The translations under genes were made by a program, and so were the position numbers. Positions 1 through 10,489 of a stretch of DNA of 64,000 nucleotides are shown here, piece by piece. Numbering within the stretch: position 1 is the first letter of the stretch; each line of letters starts with the position of its first letter. The stretch comes from an uncultured delta proteobacterium (GTDB lineage: Bacteria; Desulfobacterota; Desulfomonilia; Desulfomonilales; Desulfomonilaceae): positions 992,001-1,056,000 of the forward strand of contig CAWBKB010000003.1 in the NCBI GenBank assembly GCA_963789265.1, written 5' to 3'. Under the pieces are notes generated by a model. The model had not been told where the DNA came from and ran no database searches. It saw only the letters and a program-made list of their open reading frames with translations.

Positions 1-115
1 CTGGGGCTCATAAGGTTGCAAGGGATGCCTTATTTTAAGGCCTGTGGGGATTGCCGGTCGGTAACAGGGCGTTTTCATAGGACTTCGCTTCCTTTCTGCA
101 ATTCCCCCGGCAAGT

Positions 116-1372
116 TCACGCTTTGATGACTCTGAGTAAAAGGTTGATCATCTGTTCAGTGTTGGCCGCGGTGGGCTTACGCCTGGCCAGCATCATTCGC
201 GCGAGGGCTTCGTGCTCGAAGGTTCCCTGGATAATATGCATATAGAGGTCGATCTCAAAGTCCACCCTGAAGACGCCGCTCTTCCGCCCTTCTTCGACTA
301 TGGTTCTGATTAGCTTCCAAAAACGGTGAGTGCTCCTGTACGCCTGAGACTCATAAAATGCCGGATTTCGGTACAAGTCTAGGATTAGCACACGCGTCTC
401 CCACTCACGTGTCTGAAAATCCAAGGCCCAACGGCGGAGCAGATATAAGAGGTGTTCGTGTGCATTTAACCGGCCGGAAAACACTCGCTCCAACTCTTCG
501 GCAAGCTCGTCAAACCAGTTTCCCGGAACAGAGAGCAAAAGGTCTTCCTTGCTTTTAAAATACTGGTAAATTGAAGCCTCAGCAATCCCGACTTTGCCGG
601 CTATTTCCGAAATTGTCGCACCACCGTAACCTTTTTCTCCAAAGACTTCCGCCGCGGCCTGCATAATCGCGTGGCGCCTCATCTGACCACGCGTCGGCCC
701 GTCTCCGTTTTCATACCTGCGAATTTCTTGGCCGCGCCAAATTGCCGCCTTGATAAGAGAACAGAGTTGGTCGGCAACCTTTGTGGGATCGTAAGCCTGG
801 TTAAAGAAGAGCCAGCGAAGAACGACGCTATCAATAGCCCCAAAGATCATTTCCATGACCTGAGTCGGCTCTACCTGCGAGTCTATCTCGCCGTCGCGAA
901 TCCCCTCTTGAATGGCCTCAGAATAAAACGCGCTGTATTTCCGAATCATTTCGTACGCAGGGGACTTGTAAAATGCAGGCAGGGTCCTGAGGTCTCTCAG
1001 GAGAATGGATGTATAAGCTCGGTTAATGGTCAGATCCCTGAGCTGATGCCACATAAGCTTTCTTAGCTTCGGTTCCGCGCCCTTCATGCCTTGCAGGTGC
1101 TCGGTGATCCCGATCAGGGTCTTCTTCAGATGTCTTTCCGGAATGGTAACGATCAGATTTTCTTTGGTTTTGAAATATTGGAAGATGGACGCTTCATGTA
1201 CCCCGGAATCGCTGGAAATATCAGCGATAGTCGTGTCGTGAAAACCGCGGGCGGCGAAGATACGTTCCGCGGACTCAATAATGAGCTGGCGTTTTCTATC
1301 TGCCGTAGGGCTTCTTCGTTTGCTGGAGGACGCCCTTTTGATAGTGTTTCCGGTTAATTGGGTATAAATCAT
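116..1372 (-). CDS. TetR/AcrR-family regulator with two complete TetR modules in tandem
   Basis: 418 aa with two TetR HTH signatures (AERIFAARGFHDTTIADISSDSGVHEASIFQYFKTKE and AAEVFGEKGYGGATISEIAGKVGIAEASIYQYFKSKE); divergent from the bam cluster. Confidence 0.92.
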   Translation of the reverse strand: MIYTQLTGNTIKRASSSKRRSPTADRKRQLIIESAERIFAARGFHDTTIADISSDSGVHEASIFQYFKTKENLIVTIPERHLKKTLIGITEHLQGMKGAEPKLRKLMWHQLRDLTINRAYTSILLRDLRTLPAFYKSPAYEMIRKYSAFYSEAIQEGIRDGEIDSQVEPTQVMEMIFGAIDSVVLRWLFFNQAYDPTKVADQLCSLIKAAIWRGQEIRRYENGDGPTRGQMRRHAIMQAAAEVFGEKGYGGATISEIAGKVGIAEASIYQYFKSKEDLLLSVPGNWFDELAEELERVFSGRLNAHEHLLYLLRRWALDFQTREWETRVLILDLYRNPAFYESQAYRSTHRFWKLIRTIVEEGRKSGVFRVDFEIDLYMHIIQGTFEHEALARMMLARRKPTAANTEQMINLLLRVIKA

Positions 1373-1663
1373 ATACAGACTCCGGGCATTCAGGTACTAT
1401 GATCACTATATCTTCGATTAAAACCGAATACTACCTATATGGCAAGGAGTCAAGAATATTCTTGTGTGCGTCGCGTGTAATGCCCGGGAGTGTGAAGTTT
1501 CTCTCGCTAATCTGCTGTTCTCCGGCCGTTGATCCAATCATATTGGACCGCGCTGCGGATATCACACGGCCTGCTTCATAAAATTATCGGCATTCGCGTC
1601 GTTGATTCGTGACAAAAGGCCCTGTTAATCGACTTGAAAATTTTTTCGAGTAGAGAACAAAAA

Positions 1664-1717
1664 GACTTGACTTGGTTGTTGTATAAGTTATATTTATATC
1701 AACGGTGTTATCAAGTC
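1664..1717 (+). promoter_or_regulatory. Putative sigma70 promoter of the bam operon inside an imperfect inverted repeat (candidate operator)
   Basis: TTGACT at 1667-1672 and TATATT at 1689-1694 (16-nt spacer); outer arms GACTTGA/TCAAGTC; inner arms GTTGTATAA/TTATATCAAC. Confidence 0.5.
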
Positions 1718-1814
1718 TCGGTCAAAACATCCTTCACCAAGACCCACGTGTCACCGGCTCCACTATACCATTCGGTACTGCGGCTCCCAGGCCATTAAAC
1801 AAAGGCAGGCCGTC

Positions 1815-2033
1815 GTGAATAAAATGGTTATTGATCCACCGCATGTTCCTATCCGTCCTATGAAAGAAGAAGACGTCGATGCCGTTGCATTGATCGACAG
1901 CATGTACGTCGGAGCGCATAGAGCGGAATATTGTTCGGGGAAGCCTGGTTCTGGCTCTGAGAGAGCGAGGATTAACACTTCTTTGGTTGCAGAAGCGCGG
2001 GCGAGCATATCGCAACTCCGCTGCAAGGGGTAA
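1815..2033 (+). pseudogene. Truncated GNAT-family acetyltransferase (N-terminal part only)
   Basis: IRPMKEEDVDAVALID...RAEY...INTSLVAE resembles GNAT beta1-alpha1-beta2, then stops before the acetyl-CoA-binding motif A. Confidence 0.5.
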
Positions 2034-2038
2034 ACAAG

Positions 2039-4009
2039 ATGAGGTACGCAGAGACAGGATACAATTTAGAAATCGATTTGGCGACGGGAAATATTGAACG
2101 GGTAGAAACCGACCCGAAATTGACGGAACTTCATCTCGGAGGGTTGGGTACCAGCGTCAAGACGCACTGGGATAGGGTTCCCCCCGAGGTCAAACCGTTT
2201 GATCCCGAGAATTTATTAATATTCAGCACCGGTCTTCTCAATGGCACTCCGGCTTTTAGCGCCAACCGTACCCTTGTTACCTTCGTTTCCCCTCAGTCGA
2301 ATTATCTGGCGTACCCCATGATGGGGGGATTCTGGTCCGCGGAATTGAAGTATGCCGGTTATGACAAAGTGATCTTTCGCAACAAGTCCCCCAAGTTGGT
2401 CTATATATGGATACATAATGACAAAGTGGAAATCCGTGATGCCTCTCATTTGAAGGGCAAGGGCGCTCTTGAAACCCAAGACCTCATAAGAGAGGAGCTG
2501 AAAGAACCGAGGGCCCAGGTGGCCGCCATCGGCCTGGCCGGTGAAAATCGGGTCTTTACGGCTTCCATTGAGCAAGCCAGGTCCAGCGCCAGCAGGCTCG
2601 GCGGCGGCGCGATCATGGGAGACAAGAAGATAAAGGCGGTCGCTGTTCGTGGAACAAAGGACGTGTACCTTGCCCGAGGCGAGGAATTCATGAAGCACAT
2701 GGAAGAGGTGGCGGAATACATAAAATTCCGAAACACAAATCCCATTCCGGACGTGATGACCATTTTGCAGGGGATTGGGTCGCCGCAGGAAATGCTGCAC
2801 ACTGATGAGAAGTGGCACACTGAAAACTTCATGTGGGGCAATGCCCGTCTGCGGAGAAGAGACTTCTGGAACAAGGATAACGAAGAGAATTGGACGTCGA
2901 CTCAATTGGGTGCGGTGAAGCGGTTAATAAGCTGTTTTAACTGTCCACAGCATTGCGGCGCCCTGGTTTCCCACCAGGAGGGCCCACGATACATGATGAA
3001 ATGCTTCGGAAAGCTCACTTATTCCATGGCGGCCTATGTAGACGACCTGGGCTTTAACTTCAGAATCCTTCAACGTGCCACGGAATATGGCGTGGACTCA
3101 TTCTCAACCCCGCAGATTTTGGCATTCGCCGTTGAGCTCTATGAAGCCGGCATTCTGACCGACAAGGACTTCGAAGGATGTCCGTCTGACAAGGAAGGCA
3201 GATTCTTCTGGTTGCTTGACAGAGTGGCCCGGCGGGAAGGAATCGGAGATATTCTGGCCGACGGCGTTTATTATGCGGCCCGAAAGATCGGCAACGGGGC
3301 AGAAAAATTCGATCACAATACGATCAAGAAACATGAGCAACTCCCCATCAAGCTGGGGATGCTGGATCCTATCTATTTCCTTATGTATTCTACCAACGAG
3401 AAGGTAAGCATCACTCAAATTGAAGGGAATTTCCCGCAGTCGGCTTTTCCCTCCAGAGAGCAGAGGGAAGCATTTGTAAAGGACTGGCCCCAGCTTCCCG
3501 ACGAAAAGTTCAAGCAAATCTTGCTGGACTGGGAAATACGAGGAGATCACGCGATACCGTATTTCCCAACCCCGGAGATGTGCAGTGAAATTGTGGATTG
3601 GATGGAGATGCTGCACAACATTGACGACGCCCTGGGAATATGCGCGGGCATGGGATCGTTTTGCTTGAAGCCTCCCTATCATATACACAATTACCCGCTG
3701 CTCATCTCGGCCGCGACAGGGATGGACGTAGATGAAGCCGGACTGAAGAAAATGGTCAATAGAAGCCGTAATCTGCACAGGGCATTCAATAACCGAAGAG
3801 GCATGACAAGGGTTGAGGAGAAGCCGCCTGAAGACCATTGGAAAAGAAGATTCCCCGAACTCGAAGAACAACTCTTATCCACGTATTACAAATACAAGGG
3901 ATGGAATATGGACGGTATTCCTACGAGAGAAAGACTGGTGGAATTAGATCTGGGTTATGTTGCCGAAGACTTGGAAAAGAGAGGGATCCTAAAAGATGGC
4001 CAAAATTAA
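2039..4009 (+). CDS. bamB: Class II benzoyl-CoA reductase catalytic tungsten subunit (AOR family)
   Basis: 656 aa; AOR-family motifs (ELKYAGYD, MGDKKIKAVAVRG, SCFNCPQHC); BamB-type GSPQEMxxxDEKWHTENFMWGNAR with E251/E257/H260 and C322 (MMKCF); bamC-I follow. Confidence 0.93.
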   Translation: MRYAETGYNLEIDLATGNIERVETDPKLTELHLGGLGTSVKTHWDRVPPEVKPFDPENLLIFSTGLLNGTPAFSANRTLVTFVSPQSNYLAYPMMGGFWSAELKYAGYDKVIFRNKSPKLVYIWIHNDKVEIRDASHLKGKGALETQDLIREELKEPRAQVAAIGLAGENRVFTASIEQARSSASRLGGGAIMGDKKIKAVAVRGTKDVYLARGEEFMKHMEEVAEYIKFRNTNPIPDVMTILQGIGSPQEMLHTDEKWHTENFMWGNARLRRRDFWNKDNEENWTSTQLGAVKRLISCFNCPQHCGALVSHQEGPRYMMKCFGKLTYSMAAYVDDLGFNFRILQRATEYGVDSFSTPQILAFAVELYEAGILTDKDFEGCPSDKEGRFFWLLDRVARREGIGDILADGVYYAARKIGNGAEKFDHNTIKKHEQLPIKLGMLDPIYFLMYSTNEKVSITQIEGNFPQSAFPSREQREAFVKDWPQLPDEKFKQILLDWEIRGDHAIPYFPTPEMCSEIVDWMEMLHNIDDALGICAGMGSFCLKPPYHIHNYPLLISAATGMDVDEAGLKKMVNRSRNLHRAFNNRRGMTRVEEKPPEDHWKRRFPELEEQLLSTYYKYKGWNMDGIPTRERLVELDLGYVAEDLEKRGILKDGQN

Positions 4010-4541
4010 GAAGAAGATTAAGTCCATCAAGATTGATGCTGATAAGTGCAATGGCTGCCGGGCATGCGAGATCATCTGCTCCGCGTTTCACGCCACTCCG
4101 AAGTACAGCAGCAATAATCCGGCTAGGTCTCGTATTCAGGTGATCAGTCATCGGCTGAAAGATATATGGCTTCCGGTATTCGCGGGTGAGTATGCGCCGG
4201 CCGAATGTATGGGCAGAGACAAGTATGTGATTGACGGGAAGGAATACGAAGAGTGTGCCTTTTGTAGAGCATCCTGCCCATCCAGGGACTTCTTCAAGGA
4301 ACCCGATTCCGGTCTCCCTCTGAAATGCGACATGTGTGAAAGCGACCCGTCGCTGGAAAAGCCGATGTGCGTTCAGAAGTGCCTCAATGATGTCCTGATC
4401 TACGAAGAAAGAGAAGAGGAAGTAGAAGAAGAAGTGAAGCTGGAGGACGTAGAGTTAGGACTGGAATCCATGATCGACAAGTATGGCTTGCAGAAAGTCA
4501 TGGATACCGTTTCTCGCATCTCGGCGTCAAAGAAGGGCTGA
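3996..4541 (+). CDS. bamC: Fe-S electron-transfer subunit of class II BCR
   Basis: CNGCRACEIIC, CAFCRASCP and CDMC...MCVQKC motifs; overlaps the end of bamB. Confidence 0.9.
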   Translation: MAKIKKKIKSIKIDADKCNGCRACEIICSAFHATPKYSSNNPARSRIQVISHRLKDIWLPVFAGEYAPAECMGRDKYVIDGKEYEECAFCRASCPSRDFFKEPDSGLPLKCDMCESDPSLEKPMCVQKCLNDVLIYEEREEEVEEEVKLEDVELGLESMIDKYGLQKVMDTVSRISASKKG

Positions 4542-4573
4542 AACATTAGGCCGAAAGAAGAGGAAGGAAGACA

Positions 4574-5729
4574 GTGGAGACCGTAAGCCCCTATAAAGAG
4601 ATCATTGATGTCATCAAGACGAGCGGTGGAAAAGCCTTCAAAAGATGCTTTCAGTGCGGATTATGCGATACTGTTTGTCCGTGGAACAGGGTCAGGTCTT
4701 TCAGCATGCGCAAGATCGTCCGTGAGGCCACGTTCGGTTTGACCGATATCGAAACTGACGAAATCTGGCGCTGTACAGACTTGCGGTAGATGCCCTCAGC
4801 AGTGCCCCAGGGACGTCAAACAGATTGAATCCGGGGTGTCCCTGCGCCGGATCGCCACGGAATACGGCGTTTTTCCCGATTCCGTCAAACCTGTCCGCAC
4901 CGTTGCTGCAAGCCTGGTCGGCGAAGGCAACCCTCTGAGTGAAGAGCGTGCCAAGAGGGCAAACTGGGCGGAAGGCCTTTCAGTCAATACGTTCACCGAG
5001 GGAATGGAAATTCTCTATTTTCCCGGCTGCTATCTCAGCTATGACCCAAGATTAAAGAAAGTGGCCAAAGCCACAGCCCGTATCCTCAACCTGGCAGAAG
5101 TGGATTTCGGGATTCTGGGCTCCAAGGAGAGCTGCTGCGGGGAAAGCATTCGTAAGACGGGCGATGAGGAGTTGTTCAAGCGTCTGGCCAAAGAAAACAT
5201 CAAGGCATTTATTGACAACGGCGTGAAGAAGATCCTTGTTTCTTCTCCCCATTGCTACCACACCTTCAAGAACGAGTATCCGGAATTCAGAGTGAACTTT
5301 GAGGTGGTGCATATCTCCCAATACCTGTTCGAGTTGATGAACGAGGGAAGGCTTCAGTTTAAGAAGGATTATCCGAAGAAAATAACGTATCACGACCCTT
5401 GTTACCTGGGCCGGCATAACGGCATATATGACGAGCCGCGAGAGGTTTTGAAGAAGATACCGGGTTTAGAGCTGAGTGAGATGCCTGAGTCACGCTCGGA
5501 TAGTCTCTGCTGCGGAGGCGGAGGCGGCAGGGTTTGGATGGAAACCGAAAAGGGTGAGAGATTCTCTGATCTCAGAATAGAACAGGCTCTTGGGGTCGGA
5601 GCCGAGGTGCTGGCTGCTGCCTGCCCCTATTGCATCACCATGCTTGAGGATAGCAGGTTGACCCTCGGTGCCGCGGAAAAAATCGAGGTAAAAGACATCA
5701 CGGAAATCATCCAAGAAGTGATTGAGTGA
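4574..5729 (+). CDS. bamD: HdrC/HdrB(D)-like 4Fe-4S + CCG-domain subunit; one apparent +1 frameshift near 4778
   Basis: CFQCGLCDTVCP; removing one base at ~4778 restores WRCTTCGRCPQQCPRDV and joins ORF 4836-5729 (ESCCG, HDPCYLGRHNG, CCGGGGG, ACPYC). Confidence 0.88.
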
Positions 5730-5793
5730 ATCGAAGTACTCTGGGTTTCCTATGTTGAAAAACGAAATTGACACGTCAAGAGGGACCGAAGCT

Positions 5794-6286
5794 ATGGCGA
5801 CAAATCCCGATCTCATTTCTCCTTGCGGTCTATACTGCGGTGTCTGTGCCATTTATATTGCACACCGCGATAATAACCTTAAGCTGAAGGAGCGACTATT
5901 AGGTCTTTACACAGGTGGAACTCCCGGCAAGGGCACCCTGCCCAATAGCGAAGACCTAGCAATAGAAGACATTCGATGCCGTGGCTGCTCGTCGGACGAA
6001 CAGTTTATGCATTGCCGCCAGTGTGAGATCAGGAATTGCACAAAAGAGAAAGGATACTCAGGGTGTCATGAATGCAATGAATTTCCCTGTCGTTACGTTG
6101 ATAATTTCTCCATGGCCGTTGGCAAGAAGGTTATTCTGCGGGCTGTCCCATATCGACGAGAGTTCGGGTACTGAAAAATGGATTCGAGACGAGGAAGCCC
6201 GCTATATATGCCCCCAATGCGGCAACAGAGTTTTTCGAGGTGCGATGAAATGTAATCAATGCAAAGTGCAACTAGATCTGGACTAA
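5794..6286 (+). CDS. DUF3795-type Cys-rich metal-binding protein; frameshift near 6167
   Basis: PCGLYCGVC, CRGC, CRQCEIRNC, CHECNEFPC; removing one G at ~6167 continues into EKWIRDEEARYICPQCG...CNQC. Confidence 0.75.
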
Positions 6287-6385
6287 ACAAATTCTTTTAA
6301 GTGCGCATAGCAATTGCATGGTTGGGATTGCCTCGAGTCTCTGGCTTCCGGCAACCGTACATGCCGCCCGATGAGGTGATAGAAA

Positions 6386-9300
6386 ATGGGAGAAGTAATT
6401 TTGTTGAAAGAAGATCTCCAGCAACTTTGTGGCAGCTTTGGACAAACCAATTTTGGAGACGTGATGGTTGTTGGTGGAGGCATCAGTGGCATTCAAGCCT
6501 CTCTTGATCTTGCCACGGCCGGGTTCAAGGTTTACCTGGTGGAGAAAGGACCGAGCATTGGGGGACACATGGCTCAGTTGGACAAGACCTTTCCCACCAA
6601 TGAATGCTCCATGTGAATACTTTCACCCAAGCTGGTCGAGGTCGGCCGGCATCCAAACATAGAGGTCCTTACCTACACGGAAGTGGACCGTGTAGAAGGG
6701 GAAGCAGGAAACTTTAAGGTAGCTCTGACCAAAAGGCCCCGGTATATTCTCGAGGACAAATGCACGGGTTGTACTACCTGCGTAGAATACTGCCCGGCCA
6801 AATACCCCGATCAATTCAATCAGGAAATATCGCAGAATAAGGCCGTTCATATATACTTCGCTCAGGCAATTCCCCTTATTTCATATATAGATGAAAGCTG
6901 TCTTTACCTCAAAGAGAAAAAGTGTCGTATTTGCGAAGCAGTGTGCAAGAATAACGCGATAGATTTGAAACAAACGGCAGAGAAAAAAGAAATACAGGTA
7001 GGGGCGATCATTCTGTCGCCCGGCCTTGAGCCCTTTGATCCAAGGGTGAAGAAGGAGTATCGCTACGGAGAGTTTGCAAACGTCGTAACCAGCATGGACT
7101 ATGAGCGTCTGTTATCTTCCACGGGGCCGTACCAGGGAGAGATTCTGCGTGCTTCCGACCAAAAACACCCCCGCAAAGTAGCCTGGATTCAGTGCGTCGG
7201 TTCCAGACGGGTTACTAAGGGCGACAACAGCTATTGTTCCGCCGTATGCTGCACCTACGCCCAGAAACAGGCGATTTTGACAAAAGATCATAACGCTGAG
7301 GCCGAGTGTACAATATTCCATAACGATATTCGGTCCTACGGGAAGGATTTTGAGCGATACTTTGAGCGGGCAGAGAAACTCCCCGGGATTCGATTTATCA
7401 GGAGCTACACTTCGATTGTGCGAGAGGACCCTGAAACCAAGAATGTCACGTTACGATATTCCACCACCGACGCCGGAGTAAAAGAAGAAGAATTCGACAT
7501 GGTGGTATTGTCTGTTGGATTGAATCCTCCCGCTGATGTGAAGTCCATCGCAAACAAATTCGGCATAGAGCTGGAACCTCATGATTTTTGCAGGACCAGC
7601 CCCGTCAATCCCATGTCCACAAACAGACCGGGGATCTTTGTAAGCGGGGGCTTCCAGGGGCCTGTCGATATCCCGGAGTCGGTCTTCAGCGCCAGCGGAG
7701 CGGGTGCCCAGGTCGGTGAGCTTCTTGAATACAGGCGAGGAAATCTTGCCGAAGAAAGAGTATATCCGCCTGAACGAGATGTCTCTGGGGAGGAGCCAAG
7801 GATAGGAGTCTTCGTATGTCATTGTGGGGCCAATATCGGTAGGATAGTCAATGTTCCTGAGACAGTCGAGTACTGCAAAACGCTGCCTAATGTCGTCCAT
7901 GCTCAGGAACAGTTATTTTCATGCGCCACTAACTCCGCCAAAGAAATTACCGACATGACGAAAGAAAAGGGGCTCAATCGAGTGATTGTCGCTGCCTGCT
8001 CTCCCAGGACTCTTGAACCGTTATTCCGGGACACGGTTCGGGAGGCTGGAATTAATCAATATTACTTCGAAATGGCTAATATCAGGGAACACAATTCCTG
8101 GGTCCACTCGAAAGAACAAGAGGAGGCCACGCAAAAGGCAAAGGATATCATCCGGATGTCAACAGCACGAGCTTGCCGATTGGAGCCCTTGCAGGAATTT
8201 GACCTGCCGGTCAACAAAGCTGCATTGGTGGTCGGTGGAGGCATAGCCGGCATGAATTGTGCTCTCTCCATTGCCAACCAGGGGCATGAGGTACACCTAG
8301 TTGAAAAGAATACAGAACTTGGGGGAATAGCACGAAGGATTCATTCCACGCTGGAAGGACTGGATGTTCAGGAGTACCTGCGCGATCTCATAGCAAAGGT
8401 GTATCAACACCGCTTAATACATGTCTATCATAATGCGACAATCACGAATGCTACAGGTTATGTTGGGAATTTCGTGACCGCAGTGAAGTCTGATAGAGGA
8501 GTCGCAGAGATAAAACACGGTGCCTCGGTCATCGCTATAGGTGCCGATCTATATACCCCCACCGAGTACCTTTATGGAGAAGATGATCGGGTCATGACTC
8601 AGCTTGAGTTGGAGGAGCAAATCGCCAAAGGAGAAGAAAAGGTGATGAACTCCCAGAGTCTGGTGATGATCCAATGCGTAGGCTGCAGGAATGAGGACAG
8701 AAATTACTGTAGCCGGATATGCTGCAGCCAGTCGATAAAGAATGCTTTGAAATTGAAAGAGATCAACCCCGAGAAGGATGTTTATATTCTCTTCAGGGAT
8801 ATGAGGACCTACGGGTTTCGAGAGGACTATTACCGGGAAGCGGCCGAGAAAGAGGTAAAGTTCATCCGTTACGAGCCGCAGGACAAACCTCTGGTGGAGG
8901 CCGGCGAGTCGGAAGAGGGTCGGCCTGTTTTAAAGGTTACCGCGACCGACTATGTTCTGGGAAAGAAGCTTGTACTGGATGCCGATATAGTAGCTTTGGC
9001 TGCCGCGGTCATTCCCTCGGCCGCGACCAAGGAAATTGCCGGGTTGTTCAAGGTGACTTTGAACCCGGACGGCTTCTTCAAAGAAGCCCATGTCAAATTA
9101 AGACCCGTTGAGTTCGGTACAGACGGGGTTTATCTCTGTGGACTGGCTCATTATCCCAAGTTTATGCAGGAAACCATCAATCAGGCTTATGGAGCTGCAG
9201 GACGGGTTTTAACGTTGCTTTCACGTGATGTAGTGGTCGCATCCGGTTCAGTTTGTGAAGTGGATGAGAATAAATGCGTTTCCTGCGGGGCATGTACAAC

Positions 9301-9526
9301 GGTATGCAACTATGGCGCCATAGAATTTGTCGAGACAGCGCTCGGCAGAAAGGCCAGGGTTAATCCTGTCCTCTGTAAAGGGGACGGCCTCTGCAACACC
9401 GTTTGCGCGACGTCTGCCATAGTGCTGAAGCACTATACCGATGATGAGCTTTTGAGCGAAATTGATGCCGCGTTTCCAGAGGAAGAGGTCAACCAGCCAA
9501 TGGATGCTGCGGTTGGAAGTCACTAG
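6386..9526 (+). CDS. bamE: HdrA-like flavoprotein/Fe-S subunit (electron-bifurcating type); selenoprotein with Sec at TGA 6614-6616
   Basis: ORFs 6386-6616 and 6683-9526 share one frame with no other stop; readthrough gives [27 protein letters not shown], the HdrA CxxC motif; two Rossmann folds and ferredoxin motifs. Confidence 0.92.
6631..6650 (+). promoter_or_regulatory. SECIS-like hairpin of bamE
   Basis: GCTGGTCG-AGGT-CGGCCGGC: 8-bp stem (two G-U pairs) with a G-containing loop, starting 14 nt after the UGA. Confidence 0.75.
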
Positions 9527-9609
9527 GCCAGGCATCCTGCCTGTCTGACGGGCTGAAAGCCCGTTCCACCAAAACATGCAAGGACCGGCCTCCCCGCCAA
9601 ACGCGGGAT
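9527..9609. repeat. REP-like palindromic element between bamE and bamF
   Basis: CAGGCATCCTGCCTG and ACGGGCTGAAAGCCCGT hairpins; similar to elements at ~22322, 29263, 48186 and 50055. Confidence 0.55.
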
Positions 9610-9668
9610 CGCCGAATACCCTGTGAACGTCCGCAAACCTGAGATTACCAGGCACGAGGAGAGGACCT

Positions 9669-10436
9669 ATGAGTGCGGAACTTAAATTCAAACCAAAGAT
9701 TTTAGGGTTTGTGTGCCATTGGTGAGCATACGGCGCAGCCGACTTAGCTGGAGTTTCCAGAAGTCAATATACAACTGAAATGAGACTTATTCGCGTCATG
9801 TGTTCCGGTCGAGTCGATCTGACTCATGTATTCCGAGCTTTCTCCAACGGAGTGGATGGAGTGTTCCTTGGTGCCTGCCACTTAAATGAGTGCAACTATA
9901 CTACTCACGGAAATTACCACGCCTTAACCATGGTGAACCTGGCTAAGAAATTGCTGGAACGCATAGGGCTGAACCCGGAGAGATTGAAGATCGAATTTAT
10001 GTCCGGCAGTGAAGCCAACATTTTTGTCGAAGGGGTCAATGGTTTTGTCAGGAAGGTTAAGGAACTGGGGCCTATTGGCCGAGGTGAAGGACTGGACCAA
10101 AAGGAATTGAAGTTCAAACTGGAAGCGGTTACCCAACTTATCCCCTACATTAGACTGGTGGAAAGGGAGAGACTGAGAATACCCATTAAGTCCGAAGAAG
10201 AGTACCATCAATTCTTCGCGAGCGACGAGCTGAACCGGCTATTTGATGAAACTATTGCCGACAAATTGACGATAAGCCAAATTACGTTGCTCCTGCGGGA
10301 AAGACCCCTTCCAATGGCGGAAATGGCAAAAAGGTTGGGCCTAACCCCGTCGGAGGTATCCCGGCATCTGAATGCCTCATCGCGGCAAGGATTAGTCCGA
10401 TACGATGAAAGCCGGAAGTGCTTTGCTCTCGCCTGA
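9669..10436 (+). CDS. bamF: MvhD-like [2Fe-2S] subunit with C-terminal winged-helix extension; selenoprotein with Sec at TGA 9723-9725
   Basis: ATG 9669 after GAGGA; MSAELKFKPKILGFVCHW-U-AYGAADLAGVSR is in frame with ORF 9780-10436 (RVMCSGRVD, ACHLNECNY); matches the MvhD CxWC motif. Confidence 0.92.
9741..9765 (+). promoter_or_regulatory. SECIS-like hairpin of bamF
   Basis: GACTT-AG-CTGGA-GTT-TCCAG-AAGTC bulged hairpin starting 15 nt after the UGA. Confidence 0.7.
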
Positions 10437-10489
10437 GGCGAAAAAGCAAGCGGTGGATCGGACGAAAGAAGGAGATCAGGAAAGAGGCT

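Noticed and set aside
6172..6174. TGA in the DUF3795 gene as a third selenocysteine
   Set aside because: The protein continues in a different frame; a one-base indel explains it and the position is not in a Cys motif.
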